This document shows, piece after piece, positions 23,236-37,468 of a stretch of DNA of 64,000 nucleotides (position 1 is its first letter; every line of letters starts with the position of its first letter). The translations under genes and the position numbers were made by a program. The notes under the pieces are model-generated. The model made no database searches. It saw only the letters and a program-made list of their open reading frames with translations, and was not told the DNA's origin. This DNA comes from Botryllus schlosseri (taxonomy: Eukaryota), in assembly GCA_051294905.1 (NCBI GenBank), contig CM119379.1:16244001-16308000 (forward strand), written 5' to 3'.

Positions 23236-26200
23236 TCTAACTTGACAATACAAATTTCACAGTGAGAACTGAATAGTCTTCAACATCCATCGGCCTATAT
23301 GGATCCGTTGCCCTCCGCGGTCGCTGACATTCTGTCTATTTCGGTTATGCTGACGGCAACGCTGCTGGTGATAGTCTATCTTGTAAGACGGAATTTTTCC
23401 CGTTTAAAATGATTTAAACCTGTCTCTTTTTCGTACCCGGCTCGCGCATTTGATCCCAGGTCAGTAGGGACTTGATGTCAGATTTCAATAGGTCATTGCG
23501 CCGCGCGGCTCGCACTCCTTGAGAATCTTTTTTTGCATCGCTCCGTTTTTCCTACCATCGCCGCGTTCTCTTCGCGTTAGAGCCGACCTGACTTTTCAAC
23601 GTTCTTTCCCTATGCAGGCTCGCGTACCTTATGTTTTCCTGGGCAAACAACTAATAAACCCGCAATTCCGTTACCTTAGACATAAATGCTAACGTATCGG
23701 CGACAGTTACAAGCGTGTAAAGACGAAAAAATCTCTCACAACAACTCTCGCGGGTTTAACGCAATCCGCGCGACACCGAAAAATATGCAGGACACAGGCT
23801 ACGCCGCGATGCACTGACTGCACTTGACTTGCGCTATTGTTAAGTAACAGATTTCCGACGCTTGCGGATCGTATGGCAGCAAAGCGTATACCCTCACACC
23901 TCCATTCATCGGCGTCTGTGTCAAAACAAAGCACGAACACTGAAGTGACACCGTGCAGCATTGAAAGGTGTCACTTCTCACCAAAATCGTCATTGTGATA
24001 ATTAGGAAAGAAAACACAAATCGTTGTGTTAAAGGCGCCGGCGAACGCGCTATCTGACTCGCCCGCAGAAAGAAGGTGTCGACGCCAGGCGTCATGAATA
24101 TCCTCAAAACAAATGTCAGGCGAAATTTTTCCATGTACGCCATCCCTAATGGTTTGCTTCATTGGAGAGAGCCGGTCGGAAACAATGCCGGGATGAGAGA
24201 GGGAAAGTGAGAGACGTCCGCCTTGCCAAATCAGTTATCGTTGCGGCCAAATTAACTGAAAATAGTCGTTAATGAGATAGACATCGTGTCGCGCCGTTGT
24301 CTCTTGTACAGACGCGCTCGACAACCCGAAGCAAACACGATTATTGTTCTATAAGAACCGACGTAAATATTCACAGATTTCATCGCGCGGGTTCTGCCAA
24401 CATCCCAGCAAAACACCGATGATTAAGTTTGCTCTTTTCCGTCACCACGCGGTTAAGACGGGCTACGCTACAATTTCGCGCGTGGGGTAACAAATGACTC
24501 ATTTATAATCGCTAGATTTCGCGTCAGCCACCGTAATTGAGCCTTAATTTTTAGAAGCATTATAGACCGATGAGCGATGTGCGGTTTTCAGGCGATGATT
24601 TTCGGCATACCTCGATTCACTAAACATATAATTACAAGTGACACACCGACTGCTACACGACCGTGTACGATTTATTCGCAGTGCCATTCAATTTTAATGT
24701 CCCTAATGTCTACAATTGATACGCATTTTGTTGTGTAATCTGCAATGATGTGCACGAGCTTGGGAATGTATGCGACTTCATTCAGTAGTCAATAACCAAT
24801 ATAACACCACCATATTATGTTGCCGCGTAGTTTTCATCTAATAGCAAGATTGTAATGTAAAACTTAACTTTTAAGGCCAGTGTGTCAACAAAGTTTTGCA
24901 TATACATTATATGGCCCTTGACAATTACGACACTATCGCCGTATAAAATTTATAAACTTATTGATTGGTTAATGGTTGGTTCATAAGTTAGTAATCAGAT
25001 TGTTGTAAATTTGATAGGTATGCAAAAGTTGGATGGATTTTTGCATAATTCTCAATTGCAGCACATGAACGCATTAACATGAAATAATCAACAGATTCGT
25101 ATGTATCTTGCATTGAGTTGTGGACTAATGCGCACCAACACAATCAGGAGTAATCTATTTCAAAGAGAATCACTAATTTCATCATAGTCATTTTCTATCG
25201 GATAACGCATTGCAGTATTTTGTGAAGGATATTGTTGCTGATTTAACTGTTATGTTCTCCGGTATCCGCTTTCGGTTGCTTTCGTATATAATTATTTTGA
25301 CACTCTTCGGTGTATCCTTATTGTAAAGCCACATTGGCCTGCTCGGAAGTTCGGTCACATGAACTATTATTTCGTATAAGATGCCAACAAATACAAGGAT
25401 GATCGCATACGTTTGATAAAAATATTAGCAATATTATATAAAGGCATTTTCCTTTCTCTAAATCGTTGCACTATGGCTGTATGTGGTTACGGACGGCAAT
25501 GTTGTGGCCACTGGGATAAAATTCGGGAATGCACTCTCTTCCAGGTGACGAAGATGGGTTATAAAATAACTGCGACTTCGAACACCCAATTCGTGTGCTA
25601 AGTATGAACAAGAGGTAATTAATAACACGCTTTGCAAATCATCAAGTGCCCAGTTTCGCATGCGGTACGTTGCTGAGGTAATTACACACTTCGATCGAGC
25701 ATCATTATACACTCGTTGGTACTGGGTGGTCTCGACATCGCGTATGACTATACGGGTAATAGATTTGCATGTTTATTGAACTGGCATCAAGTGTCGTGTT
25801 TTGATGCTATTAGGCTTGATGCGGTTAAAAGGCATTTGCTCATATTAATTTTTGGTATCAATAATTCATGCGTAAGAGAGTGCCGGAGATATAGGCGCAC
25901 GGGAAAGTGTTTCGCGATTCGCAAGTTCCTTGCGCCTTCTCTCGGAATTATGACACCAAAACCGGGAATCGTTTCGTTGTAGGTGCGGATTTGATGAGTT
26001 GTATCTCACTAAAAAGGAATGCGGTATCTCCTTACGCGTTTTAAAGGCATATAGTGACACATTGCGTCCTTATTGTGGAGAATGGAGCCGATGATATCGC
26101 GCCGTATCGGAGACAAACACCCGAGACTGAATGTCTGGTCTGAGCTATAGAAACTGTGAAGGAATCTCGAGCTACTTCTGTACGCGATTAAGATAGCGCC

Positions 26201-28577
26201 TAAAGCGGGGATTTCGCGAGTCGTACAAGTATTACGTATTCCCGCAGTCTGCTTAATTATCACCTTTCCACGAGTAAACCGTTCAATTTCTCATCACAGC
26301 GTATCCACAATCCGCGCGCTAATTACACCGTGCCGGACAAAAATGCACAAAAACTTTCATTCCAATTTTTTATCGATTGGAAAATTACTATTTGGAAACA
26401 AAGTGGGATCGTACACCATTCTCCCACCACTCGACTTATATTCCGAGACTAATCATCGACGCTGAGGTTTCTAAGCGCGCGAAAGGTGTAATTTATTCCG
26501 GCTATTCTATCGCTACTTTGTCCTGCGAAAATCTAATCTGCGCATGTCATACTCGTTGCGTACGGAACTTTAAGCCTACTTACATCCGTGACATACGTGG
26601 GCACTTGATGATAGCGGGGTTCTCATGAACTTCATCACGGTAGGTCCGTATGTGATAGTGAATCGTATCCCTAAGATCTAGAACAGTAAAACTGTACGCC
26701 TCATTTCCTTGGTAGCATGGGCGTTGCTTGCGGGCTTTTGGGTATATCTTTTTAGCTAAATTTTGATATTCTATCACGATTTCATCTTGAATATGACCAT
26801 TTGCTGTGCCCTAATATCGACATCATCAAATTATCAACATAATTAGGGATTCTTCCCCTTATTGGTATTCTTCGTCTTTATCAATTCGTTTTAGATCACA
26901 CCAGGGCCTACGATCACACTAAGCTTGTTCCCTTCAATCGAATTTGACTGAGTAACCAAACCATATACGGCCATTTAGCGCCATTTATGTTGATTGGGGG
27001 CAAGTGGATACTTATTATTAGTTAAATATCAGTTAAAACCGCGGCATTGAGTATATGTGTTGTCTTCTCCACGATCAACAATGATATTACTCTAATATTT
27101 TAGCCCTGATAAAATGCAGCGACACCGTTGCCAATATTGCAATGAGTAACGTACTGACACGATAGAACATTTGTAAGGCATAAATGCATTAAATGCATCA
27201 ATAATATAAAATGATGTCATAACCCCTTGATAGCATCTGACTTTTTTGGATGCAGCGTAACCAGATCCCGCACCTAATATGGGATGAAGGGTAATGCGAT
27301 GGCTGTGGAAAGTTGAATATCCACCCAGTCAATTTTAGCGTCCTAACAGGAAAGATAAGTATCCATGGTCAATTCTATGAGATTGACACCGTTTTGCCGA
27401 GTATGAACAGGACCACACCAATTTCCAAATACATTTGCCACCATAAGATATCGTTCCAACTGCAGATTCGCACTTCGTCTCAGCTGATACTGCGATATGC
27501 ACCACCATTTCGATAATTGCAAGTCCTGAAACATCGAGCGGCGATGGGATTTGACTTGGCATCTTGTCCATGCAAGAGCCCGCAGTAACAGATAGCTTCC
27601 GTTACTGCATCTCTTCCCTGCGTATGCTTTAACAAGCGCTGACGATCTGTCGCGTTACGCGAGCACGGGATTGCAGGAAGTGGTTTGATGTTTGTACAAC
27701 ATCCAGGAGAATGACAAAAATGTAACACATTCGCGTAGACCGATGTGCGAGTGCATTTGGACAGTGGTGTTTTCCTCTGCATCACAGGACTCCACGCGTT
27801 GCGACAAACTGTCAAACACGAGCGAAAGCAATTTCTTTTCATTATCTTAATCCGGAGCTTTGATTTGACACAGGAGATTCTGGTAAAAAAGTTGTTACTG
27901 CGGTGATAAGTAAGACACCCGCTTTGTAAATATTATTGGTTTGCGATGTTATCCACGGGATTCTCGATAATACGTTATCGAGTCATTAGCACGGTTCACT
28001 GCTTGTGATGTACATTTACGCCTGATACGTGGCGGATTGGTGGTGCGTTTGAATAGAACGCATTACTCCATTTTGAGTTATGTATCAACTATACCGTTAG
28101 TGACCATCGGCATCAGTGTTGCATATTAGTATTCTAAAATACCAATGTGCTCCGTTAAGATTCTGAACTGACAGTTTCTCGCTTATAAATTCTCAATATT
28201 TGTAGTCCGAGTACCAGGCCATAGTGGTATAGCAATTGCTATATAGGACATGAATTTTCTATTAACAATCATGTGCAAATGGTATGAGCATCATCATGTA
28301 GGGATAGAAAAACGCCATCACCGAATATTCATCCGAGCGATTCCATTGAATGAAATGATTTCATAGATGTACGAAAATAATCGTAATACCGGCTGCAGTT
28401 CTATACTATTCTGACGTATAAGTTATGCGCTGGAAACTAGCACACAAGTGTCACCTATCTTCCTAAATTGCTTTCATTCATTTCTCACAACGTTGATATT
28501 CCTTAGCTCTCACTAACATATCCAATCAGAAATTCATTCTTTTACACGGGTCAGAATCTAAAAGTAAACACAGAAAC

Positions 28578-28653
28578 GAGATGGTATGGAGGAAGGTATG
28601 GAGGTGGTATGGAGATGGTATGGAGGTGGTATGGAGATGGTATGGAGGAAGGT
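28578..28653. repeat. minisatellite, ~11-bp unit GGTATGGAGRT, about 6 copies
   Basis: Direct reading of the sequence. Confidence 0.9.
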
Positions 28654-29747
28654 TCGATCGTGAAAGTCGATGAATTGTGATAACTTCCCGGCAATTCGGT
28701 AAATCTTTTAACATGATGTGCTTCTGGACAGGGTTGCAATATTATGCCAAATCTCCTGTAACAAGAACAATCGAATTTTGGCATATAATGAACGTTATTG
28801 TATACATATCATTTATATCTATCAAGGTGTAGTGAGACAGTGAAATATAGCAGCAGCGGGTCGAAAAGTGACACCGCATGCTTTTATGGAGAACATTGAG
28901 TTTAGAGACAAATTCATATCATCCGGTCTTCTGGTCGGTCAAAACGAATTTTTGTCGCATCACAACTCGAGGTCTCGATTCAAATGTTGCGATATAAACT
29001 CACTGATAATCATAAACGCTGTTATTAATCTCACGCAACTCTAATTGATCTCTGATCAGTAACGAAACAACTGTGCATTACTTCCTAGGGATGGGCAGAC
29101 CTGCTTCATATCGATAATAATCTTAGCTTTAAAAGAGCCACAACACAAAAATTCAAAAATATGAATTTATGACGTCACAACAAAACGTTGGCTATTGAAT
29201 GAAGTTTATTATTGCGTGCTGATACGGTGGATGGGCTGCGCGGTGTTTGAAAACAGGCTGCTATGACGTCTAAGCAATGGGGAGCAGTTCCTTCAAGTGC
29301 TGATGAGAATTTAAGGAATATTTCAGCTCGGTAATCTCGACGTCATTTTCTTGGCCAAACTCTGCATGCAGTTATTGCTAGCCTTTACAATACAGATGGA
29401 AGAGTCGTATTCACCCTTGCTAGCCCGGAAAGGATTGTGACCTGCGCTGGCGTAGTTGATTACCAAGTTCATTGTTGAGCACAATGATTTCTCATTGATT
29501 CATGACCACTGACCAGGTATCCACTGTTGCGGGTGAAGCGTTTATGTGAGCTCGATTCGAGAGTTCAATTGCAAATTTGTAACCCTGTAGTGACACCGTC
29601 ACCTAAATTTTACAAGTCTTGCGTAAACCGTAAGGAATGAATCAACACAAAAACAATACGCATATTGTAAATTCGTGATAAAATACATCAATTTATAATC
29701 GGGTTGAACCTCTCTAGCAAAATTGCGAAATGCATGTGCATGTGCAG

Positions 29748-30396
29748 TAGGGCTCTTCAAAAATGACTGTTTTTCTCAAATCGCACTGGCTACTTGAGAA
29801 AATAGTTAGGTTCCCTAATTTAAGCCCACACACCAAATTTGGTTCAATTCCAACCAGTAGCCGCAATGCTAAAGGAGAAGAAAGTTTCCATTTATTATAT
29901 AAAAATAAATAACAAAAATTTTAAAAATTTTCTGGTCACCTCATGAAAGTGTTAGGTTGTCTATAGAAACGATGTTCGCCAAATTTGGTTCAATTCGAAC
30001 CAGTAGAAGCGGAGTTATTGCCGTCAAAAAATTTGGATTATGAAGAAAATAGTACTTACGGTGACCAATTCTTTAATTATTTATCATAGTAAATACTATT
30101 TTATTCAAATCCAAATTTTTGGACGGCAATAACTCCGCTTCTACTCGTTGGAATTGAACCAAATTTGGTGAACATCGTTTCTATATATCTATCACTTTCA
30201 TGGGGTGAACAGAAAATTTTAAAAATTTTTGATATTTATTTTATATATTAAATAGAAACTTTCTTCTCCTGTAGCAATGCGGCTACTGGTTGGAATTGAA
30301 CCAAATTTGATGTGTAGGCTTAAATTCGGTAACCTAACAATTTTATTAAGTAGCCAGTGCGATTTGAGAAAAAAAAGTCATGTTTGAAGAGCCCTA
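29748..30396. mobile_element. foldback MITE, ~315-bp inverted arms
   Basis: TIR TAGGGCTCTTCAAA / TTTGAAGAGCCCTA; perfect TSD ATGTGCAG; arms pair to within ~20 nt of the centre. Confidence 0.93.
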
Positions 30397-33300
30397 ATGT
30401 GCAGTGTAATCATTAAAGAGCCGCAATGAAAGGGTGAAAGAGCAGCATGCGGCTCGCGAGCCGCAGTTTGCCCACCCCTGCATATAGGCCTATTATGACT
30501 CTGAGCGATTCGCATATGATTTTCTCTTCGTCTAAATTGATTCCCGGTTTCGTGACACTTCATGATCAAGTCTAAGGATAAGTGACGCGCCTATAATTTA
30601 AATTCTCGTGACGTGACATCGCCCGTTTATTAGAGCCATCGAAAGCGCTTGCCAGAATTTCCCGAGCAGAGACTAGAATGATCGCCTAAAAACTATATTA
30701 GTCACCTGATGATATCCCTGCTGTATTGCTTTTATGGGAGATTGTCGGACTCCATAGTCCGCAAATGGAATATAAATGAGATTACCGCACCTTTGTATCC
30801 ACACGTAGATGGTTCGTGATATTTTCTATCTGTGCCGTTTTTGAGTTGTCACTGTAATTGAATATGCTGAGGTCTCGAGAGAGACACTGATTTTATTCGT
30901 GCCTTTGATTTGTTTAGAAGATTTGAGATGATTTATTCTGAAAAAATTCAATTTGTTCGGTATTCCAAATCTTCAATTCTATTCTTTATGGACCAAAATA
31001 CTGCAGGTCTTGCTTCATGATTGCATTTTACAGTCTTGCGGCTCACTGTTGAGATCTTTTCCCTCGTCGTGGCACTACCCGTCGTTTGATTAAATATTCT
31101 CTAACGTACAGAGCGCCGCAACATTTGCCGAAACGTCCGAGATAAATTTTGGAACATGAATTTATTGAGGTATTCCTCCATTGGATGTTGATTCATAAGC
31201 TCGTAAAATTGATTTAGGATATTGGAAATGGAAATCGAGGTGCGCGCAAACGCGATAAATGTGACTATAGTATCAATCGATAGACGAAATCAGACAAATT
31301 GAATTGACAATAAATATTTTTCAGCGAAACGGAAAGTCAATATCTGATGCCACTAACAGAGCTAATGTAAAGTCACCTTCGTGTAATCGCGGGCGCCTCC
31401 TTTGACAGTTGACACGAAAAAAGTAGCCTAACGATTTGCGATTCATCCGTGTGAGATGAAACAGTCACAGTTAAACCTGGGTTTTTTGAGGTCTAACCAT
31501 ACCATATTATGCTCATTTTAGCCGATTTACTCGTGACCACGTAACGACAAACTAAATCAACTATTTTGGACCCAACCGTGAGCGTATAGTTCGGTGCCGA
31601 TTGGCGAAATTTCATACAATTAATGGGAAGCTTCTAGTCCTATATTTGATATGTGTTCTAATGAGGTGCGAACATTTGATCCGTACCCAGGACCGTAATT
31701 GCCGCACCCTAAACCCCCGATTGCGGGAGGCGTGCACGAAGGGGCCTAAAATTCGTTCCCAAATTGACCCAAATTAATGATTCTTTTGTGGGAGATATTC
31801 TAAAACATCAATTTTTTATAAAGAAATAGGCACTTCAACGCCGGCCATTACCGTTCTCGATTTTGAATCTTCGGAAGTATAAGGTCGCGCTTTGAAAATA
31901 AATTCAAATTCATCGTTTCATTTTGATGTAACATGCTCACACTTTTTAGGGCAACGGTGTTATCAAGAAGCTGTTAAGTATTTTTCTATGCGTTAAAAAT
32001 TGTCCATTGGTATTAAATATATATTAGCTCAATGATGCTATTGTGTGGCGCTGATTTGGAATGAATGTAATTCGTCTGAATATAGCCCGAGGTCATAGTT
32101 GGGCTTATGCGAGGGTGGGGCGTAGCAAATGTACTCGATGCATTTGTACATACCCACCACATGGCAATGTGATACAGAGTGATCAAATCATTGATCAAGC
32201 CTTTTAGCCCTTGGAAAATCTGTAGATATCTTTGACGTTCACTACGGAGTGAAGATTAAAGATACCCATTTCGTTGATAGACTAATAAATTTTTCTCCCA
32301 AACGATATTACGACTAGGGTAGCACCGTCAATACAATGGGGGATAGTTTTATAGCCGTCTGGTCATAATACAACAAGTATGTTCTCAAACGGTGTGATGT
32401 TGACGATATATATATAAGATATATATATATACACTTAAACATGTTATATACGAGCAAAAAGGCCCTATCCTGTCCGTTCAAGCCCAGACCTGCCACGGAC
32501 TGGCGCGAAGTGATTTTTTTTGAAATACGACTTTCCTTATTACAATGCAAGTAATTCATTGTTCCGTAACTCTTTCCGCGTGCTGTCGGTTGACGTTAAC
32601 TCGCGTTACTCGAATAGCGTGCATCGTACGAGCATTGAGACAGTGGAATTTTATTGGGAATACATAAATGAAATAGTATATTACTACACATTTCGGTGAC
32701 GGCGTGTCTGCTTCTATCGACGTTTATATATACCAATGGCGGCGAAAGGCACGGGGAATGGCGTCGGTTTTCTATCCAGTATAACGCCTCTTTATTCCAA
32801 TACATAAATATCAAGACGCAAATAGAGTAGTTATTTTTCTGTTGCCCAGACGACTTGCTCTTGCTATTTAATCGCTGGATGATCGTTCCGAATGCTTTCC
32901 TCAGTTGTTTTTTATTGGAGATGAGGTGCCACAGCACGTAAGAACACCCGTTAAATTTACGATCAAAACGGCAATGTTTTACTCCGATAAACAGTTGGCG
33001 CGCGTTCCAATGTTTACGACGCAGCCCGGACTTCGTTTATGTCACGATGCCATTCAACGTCTATACAAACATGCCGTTCTCGCCTATAGCATCAGCCGCA
33101 AATTTGTTATAGTACATGCCTTACTCCACACAATCCTTTTACGATCTGTGGCACTTAACAATCCTAAAACAACGTTTGCCGAGGTTTAGTCGCCGACAGT
33201 AAAACGTGTTGCGAAGTCCAACTTTGGTAGGGCGAGCGACCGTTTATATTTGGTGTCACATTCCGGCTGTAAAAACCTCGGCCTATTTTATCGCGAAGCA

Positions 33301-35655
33301 CGTAAATGTTAACGTGCCCAGAAGACTGCCGTAAGGTTCCTGCATCGCAACCGACTATGGACTGTGACTAGCAGACTCTTCCGCGCGGTGTCATAAATTG
33401 ACATCAGAAAGTATGATGTTGACGAAGTGGGTGGAGAAGGCGGCGCTATACTCATCAAATGTTGCACCTATTTTGCGCTGTGGGTTATTGTAATTAAATA
33501 TTAAGATGAATAACTTGGAGAGGATGAATTTGCAATCAAAGAGCCACCGGATCTCGTAGCCACGTAGCCAAATTGTCACCTTCCGTGTTTATCTTCAGGC
33601 GCCATCGCCAGCGTTGTTTGTCAAGATTACAAACCGCGAATACATCTTGGCGTTGACGCCATGAACGCGGGTTCGTCTTATCGTGCGCATGCGCGCCGAC
33701 TGACCGAGAATAGTGACAAATGTTTCGTTTCCAGATCAAAAGCATGATTGATGCTACGCAGCCGGTGTGTAATATATTACGAAAATCCGACTTGTCTAGT
33801 TGCTTCTCCGTTCCACACGTAAAAATTTACGAGCGTATGTTGCACCATGCATTGTATTTGATTGTTTGAGTCTTGTGCCCGAGCAACGGATATTTGTCTC
33901 GTAAATTTCTGTGTGAAAACGCACGCATCAGTGATAAAACAGTCGATCCTACATCGGGCGGCGTAATTTCTGTGCTATCGGTACATATAGTGGAGCAAGA
34001 CGCTTCCAAATTTAGTATGACAAAACGTATTCGAAATTCCTATTGCAGCGACAAATCATGTGCTTCGGCAATGCATTCCAAGTTGACATCCACGTGTGGT
34101 GAATTTACACTATCTTGGCATCGCTCATCCGTTCTGAAATGAGTCAGTAACGGTGTCCTCTCACATTCCCAGTGAGAACCTGCAGGCAAAGGGCACGGGC
34201 TGCCGATTGGTATAATTCATACGGCGGACAGAATAATACAGCAATTGAAATGACACGATCTGTATATCCTATTGGTACATGTATTGGCAAATTAAACCAC
34301 GTACTTTGGAGGGTTTGGCCGAATTAAGTTGCCGAAAGGTGCTGACCTCCGTTTAGCCTTAAAACCGTCAATTGCGGCGTCGTTGAGATCTGAAATAGAT
34401 TCCGCGTGTCAAAATCGTCGCAATTGGCGTCTTCGCCTATTCCGCCGAACGTTTTCAATTGTGATATCAACAAAAAAAAGACCGAGACGCAAGGCACGTA
34501 GAAACGCACGTTCTGGCACGTAGAACTGTCGTTGTGATATCACGTTGTCGCTTTTGGCGGCGCTATGCATAAGAGTTGTCGACATAGAATGACTTTCACT
34601 CCCGTGCATATTGGCGTCGGATGTTATTTGCATTGAGAAATGAGAATGTGAAGCACATTGACATGTATTCCGGAAAGTGAGTTTTAGTATACAGCTACGA
34701 CATTGACCGTGCTTTAATTTTGCAGCAGAATGAATTTCACTGAACTTCCTATCGCTTATAATCTCATCACACACAGAGAGAAAGAGCTTAGCAACAATCC
34801 GGTACAACGTTGTGGCCGCAAGTAACATCATATGCATATTGCAGATTCATGTCGCGATTAATAAGTTATCTCATACGTGGAGGAGCCTAATACGTGATAA
34901 TCTACTTACAGCGTATACTTACGCTTATTTGAACCGGCATAGAACTCAAATAAAACAGTGGACTGCCGCTATACGGGCCCTGGTTTAATTACTCAATGAA
35001 TGCGAATATTTCAAATCATCAGTAATATAATATTTATCGCACAACACTACACGGATCTAATGCTTTCTGCCGGCAATTGTCCCTCTCCTCTCATACTGCA
35101 TTGCACGCCTCGAGCCAAACAAATCGAAACGAAACAACGCGAAATATTGGACATGCCTAGCCTACTAGTAGGGTTGTGTTTAAAACAAAAATCAATTTAA
35201 AACAGACATGTTTGAAATAACACCCATGTTTAAAACATTTTTTTTTTAACCATGACGTCACGCCTGACCAATTGTGACGTCATAGTGGATTGATATTTAC
35301 AATTGAAAATGTAGGGTAAATTTAGTTCCTTTGACGAAATAGGCTTCCAACCCCTGTCATATACGGAGCAAAAATATCTTTAACCAGGACTGCATCGTCT
35401 TGCAGCATTTTTACGATCGGCTGTCATCATCATCAGAACATTCATTTCGTACCAATGATATATATCTAAGTGCTATAACTGTTGGACCGACGACGATCGG
35501 GGGTAATCACCGTACATAGGCTCATGCAACATGTTTTTGGGAAGTATTTACACAATGATGGCATAATCATACAACCTTAAATATAGGCCATTGTTTAAAA
35601 CACTGTTTATAACATGTTTTAAGCATAGTTTTTTAAACAATCGTTTGTTTTGAAT

Positions 35656-35904
35656 TAGGTTTACCATATTTTGGAAATCTGAAAAGGGGACACTTTTTCA
35701 AAATTTTCAGACTTAAAATACTGGAGTAAATTTTTCCCGACTTTGTGGTGGGTTGAGTAAAAAAAGTCATTTGTCTGGATCAAGTCCAGAAACACCAGTC
35801 GGTACGTTACTTGGTCGCTGATTTCCTATATCCCAGTCCAATTTCTACGTACATTTAACCAAAACTCCCAAAAAAGTTTAACCCTATTTTCAATGCAAAC
35901 CCTA
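35656..35904. mobile_element. truncated inverted copy of the 5447/51413 MITE family
   Basis: TAGGTTTACCATATTTTGGAAATCTGAAAAGGGGACAC matches the reverse complement of the family right end; no TSD found. Confidence 0.6.
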
Positions 35905-35920
35905 TATACCTACTATAGAG

Positions 35921-36928
35921 CAGTGTTGGGATCAAGTCACTACCTTCGAGTCACGAGTCATCTCGAGTCATTGCACATTTTGACTCGAGTCAAGTCAAGT
36001 CAATAGATTTTCGAAGGTGACTCGAGTCAAGTCAAGTCACTCGTTTTTTGGAGGTGACTCGAGTCAAGTCGAGTCAAGTCAAGTCAAGTCACGAGTCAAG
36101 TCACTATTCAAGTCAAATTGAATTTTCGAAGTATGAGTGATGATGCAGAGTCATTACATTTTGCTAACTGGGTGAAAAACCGATTAATTGCCCATTTGTC
36201 TTTAATCAAATCACGAATATATAGTTAAATATACATGTATAAACGCGTTGTGTCGGTCACGCAGACGTCGAACTGTCAATAAAATACGCGAGTTACTGCA
36301 TAGCTACATAGCTGCATAGTTACATGCTACAGTCTGTTATTATCAGTCAAAATAGAGGACCGCATACAAGCTTCGAAAAGCTGAAACAAATCAATATGGC
36401 ACAATTCACTACGTCCATCTACATATTCGTGTGAATATATACGCATAGACTATGTTCGTTCGATTTAAACTAATCAAGGGAGTCGGTAAAGGTGAGCACA
36501 GCGTAATGCACAATGTAAGCACTGAGTCGCCTAAGAAACAAAGATACGTTACTATTAGATTAATCTACTGCGGCAACGTAAGCTGTGATCATATCGTTTG
36601 CGGTCAATTTATTTGTGATGTAACAATCGAGGATCAGTGAAACATAATGTCAGTGAATGACTGGCTGCTCTCACAAGTCACACCGGCGTATCGCGAACAA
36701 TCCGAGCATACTTAACACTGGGTGATTTAATCCACACCGTTTACTTGATGACTTGAAATTGACTCGTAAATTTTGTTCCGAGTCACGAGTCAATCCACAT
36801 TTCTGAAGCGTCGAGTCAAGTCAAGTCAAGTCATTTTTGCAAAGTGACTCGAGTCAAGTCAAGTCATACGAAAAAGTTGACTCGAGTCAGACTCGAGTCA
36901 ACTCATGACTCGAGTCATACCAACACTG
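35921..36928. mobile_element. hAT-type MITE with GACTCGAGTC/AAGTC subterminal arrays
   Basis: TIR CAGTGTTGG / CCAACACTG; perfect TSD CTATAGAG. Confidence 0.92.
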
Positions 36929-37399
36929 CTATAGAGTGGTTCTCTACACCTTTACTAATCTCGCGGACCCTGACGCTAATCTACAAGACTTCGGGAACCC
37001 CAAATTGTCACAAAAATATACCACAATACACATCTAGCTATACATATTTAATACATTTCTATAGATTACTGGTGCGCAAAAACAACTGTGCATAAACAGA
37101 GATGTTAAAAGTACAAAAATACACAAAAATATGATTTTCACATAAAACGAAAAACAATGGAAAAATAAGTTCAATTATATGTAGTTCTGTACCTGTATGT
37201 AGAACCTCTTTACGATGAAGACATTTCAACATGTATTGCAATGAGTGTGACTTCTACTGATCCCTGTCAGATACTAATTCAGAGATGCGAGGATTTATCT
37301 TGAAAGTGTCATCGTACTGTTCGGTCGAAACGCGACAGCGTGATACGAATTTCTTAAATTTATAAACGATCCTCTAAATATTGGAGATAAGATTGGTAT

Positions 37400-37468
37400 T
37401 TCAGAAGCATGAGATTTCGATTTCGGACCCCGAACTCCCCCCCCCCCCCCCCATCCCGTACGCCACTG
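37400..37468 (-). mobile_element. Harbinger-like terminus with a C16 run
   Basis: CCCC(16)ATCCCGTACGCCACTG; poly-C at 37437-37452. Confidence 0.35.

Noticed and set aside
23799-24143. MAYM... ORF as the Tbx2/3 N-terminus (vertebrate MAYHPF-like)
   Set aside because: Coding exon 1 already has MSAYSP/PDLSF/FFP motifs and an in-frame stop upstream of its ATG.
29436-29459. CDLRWRS resembling the hAT transposase TRWNS motif
   Set aside because: Seven residues surrounded by stops, with no other transposase motif nearby.
28830-29595. Possible element bounded by TAGTGAGA / TAGTGACA
   Set aside because: The putative termini (CAGTGAAAT vs CAGGGTTAC) do not form a convincing TIR.
35921-36928. GACTCGAGTC arrays or the 28.6-kb repeat as a CRISPR array
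   Set aside because: No constant repeat with unique fixed-length spacers and no cas genes; the context is eukaryotic, and the GACTCGAGTC arrays lie within TIR/TSD-bounded MITEs.
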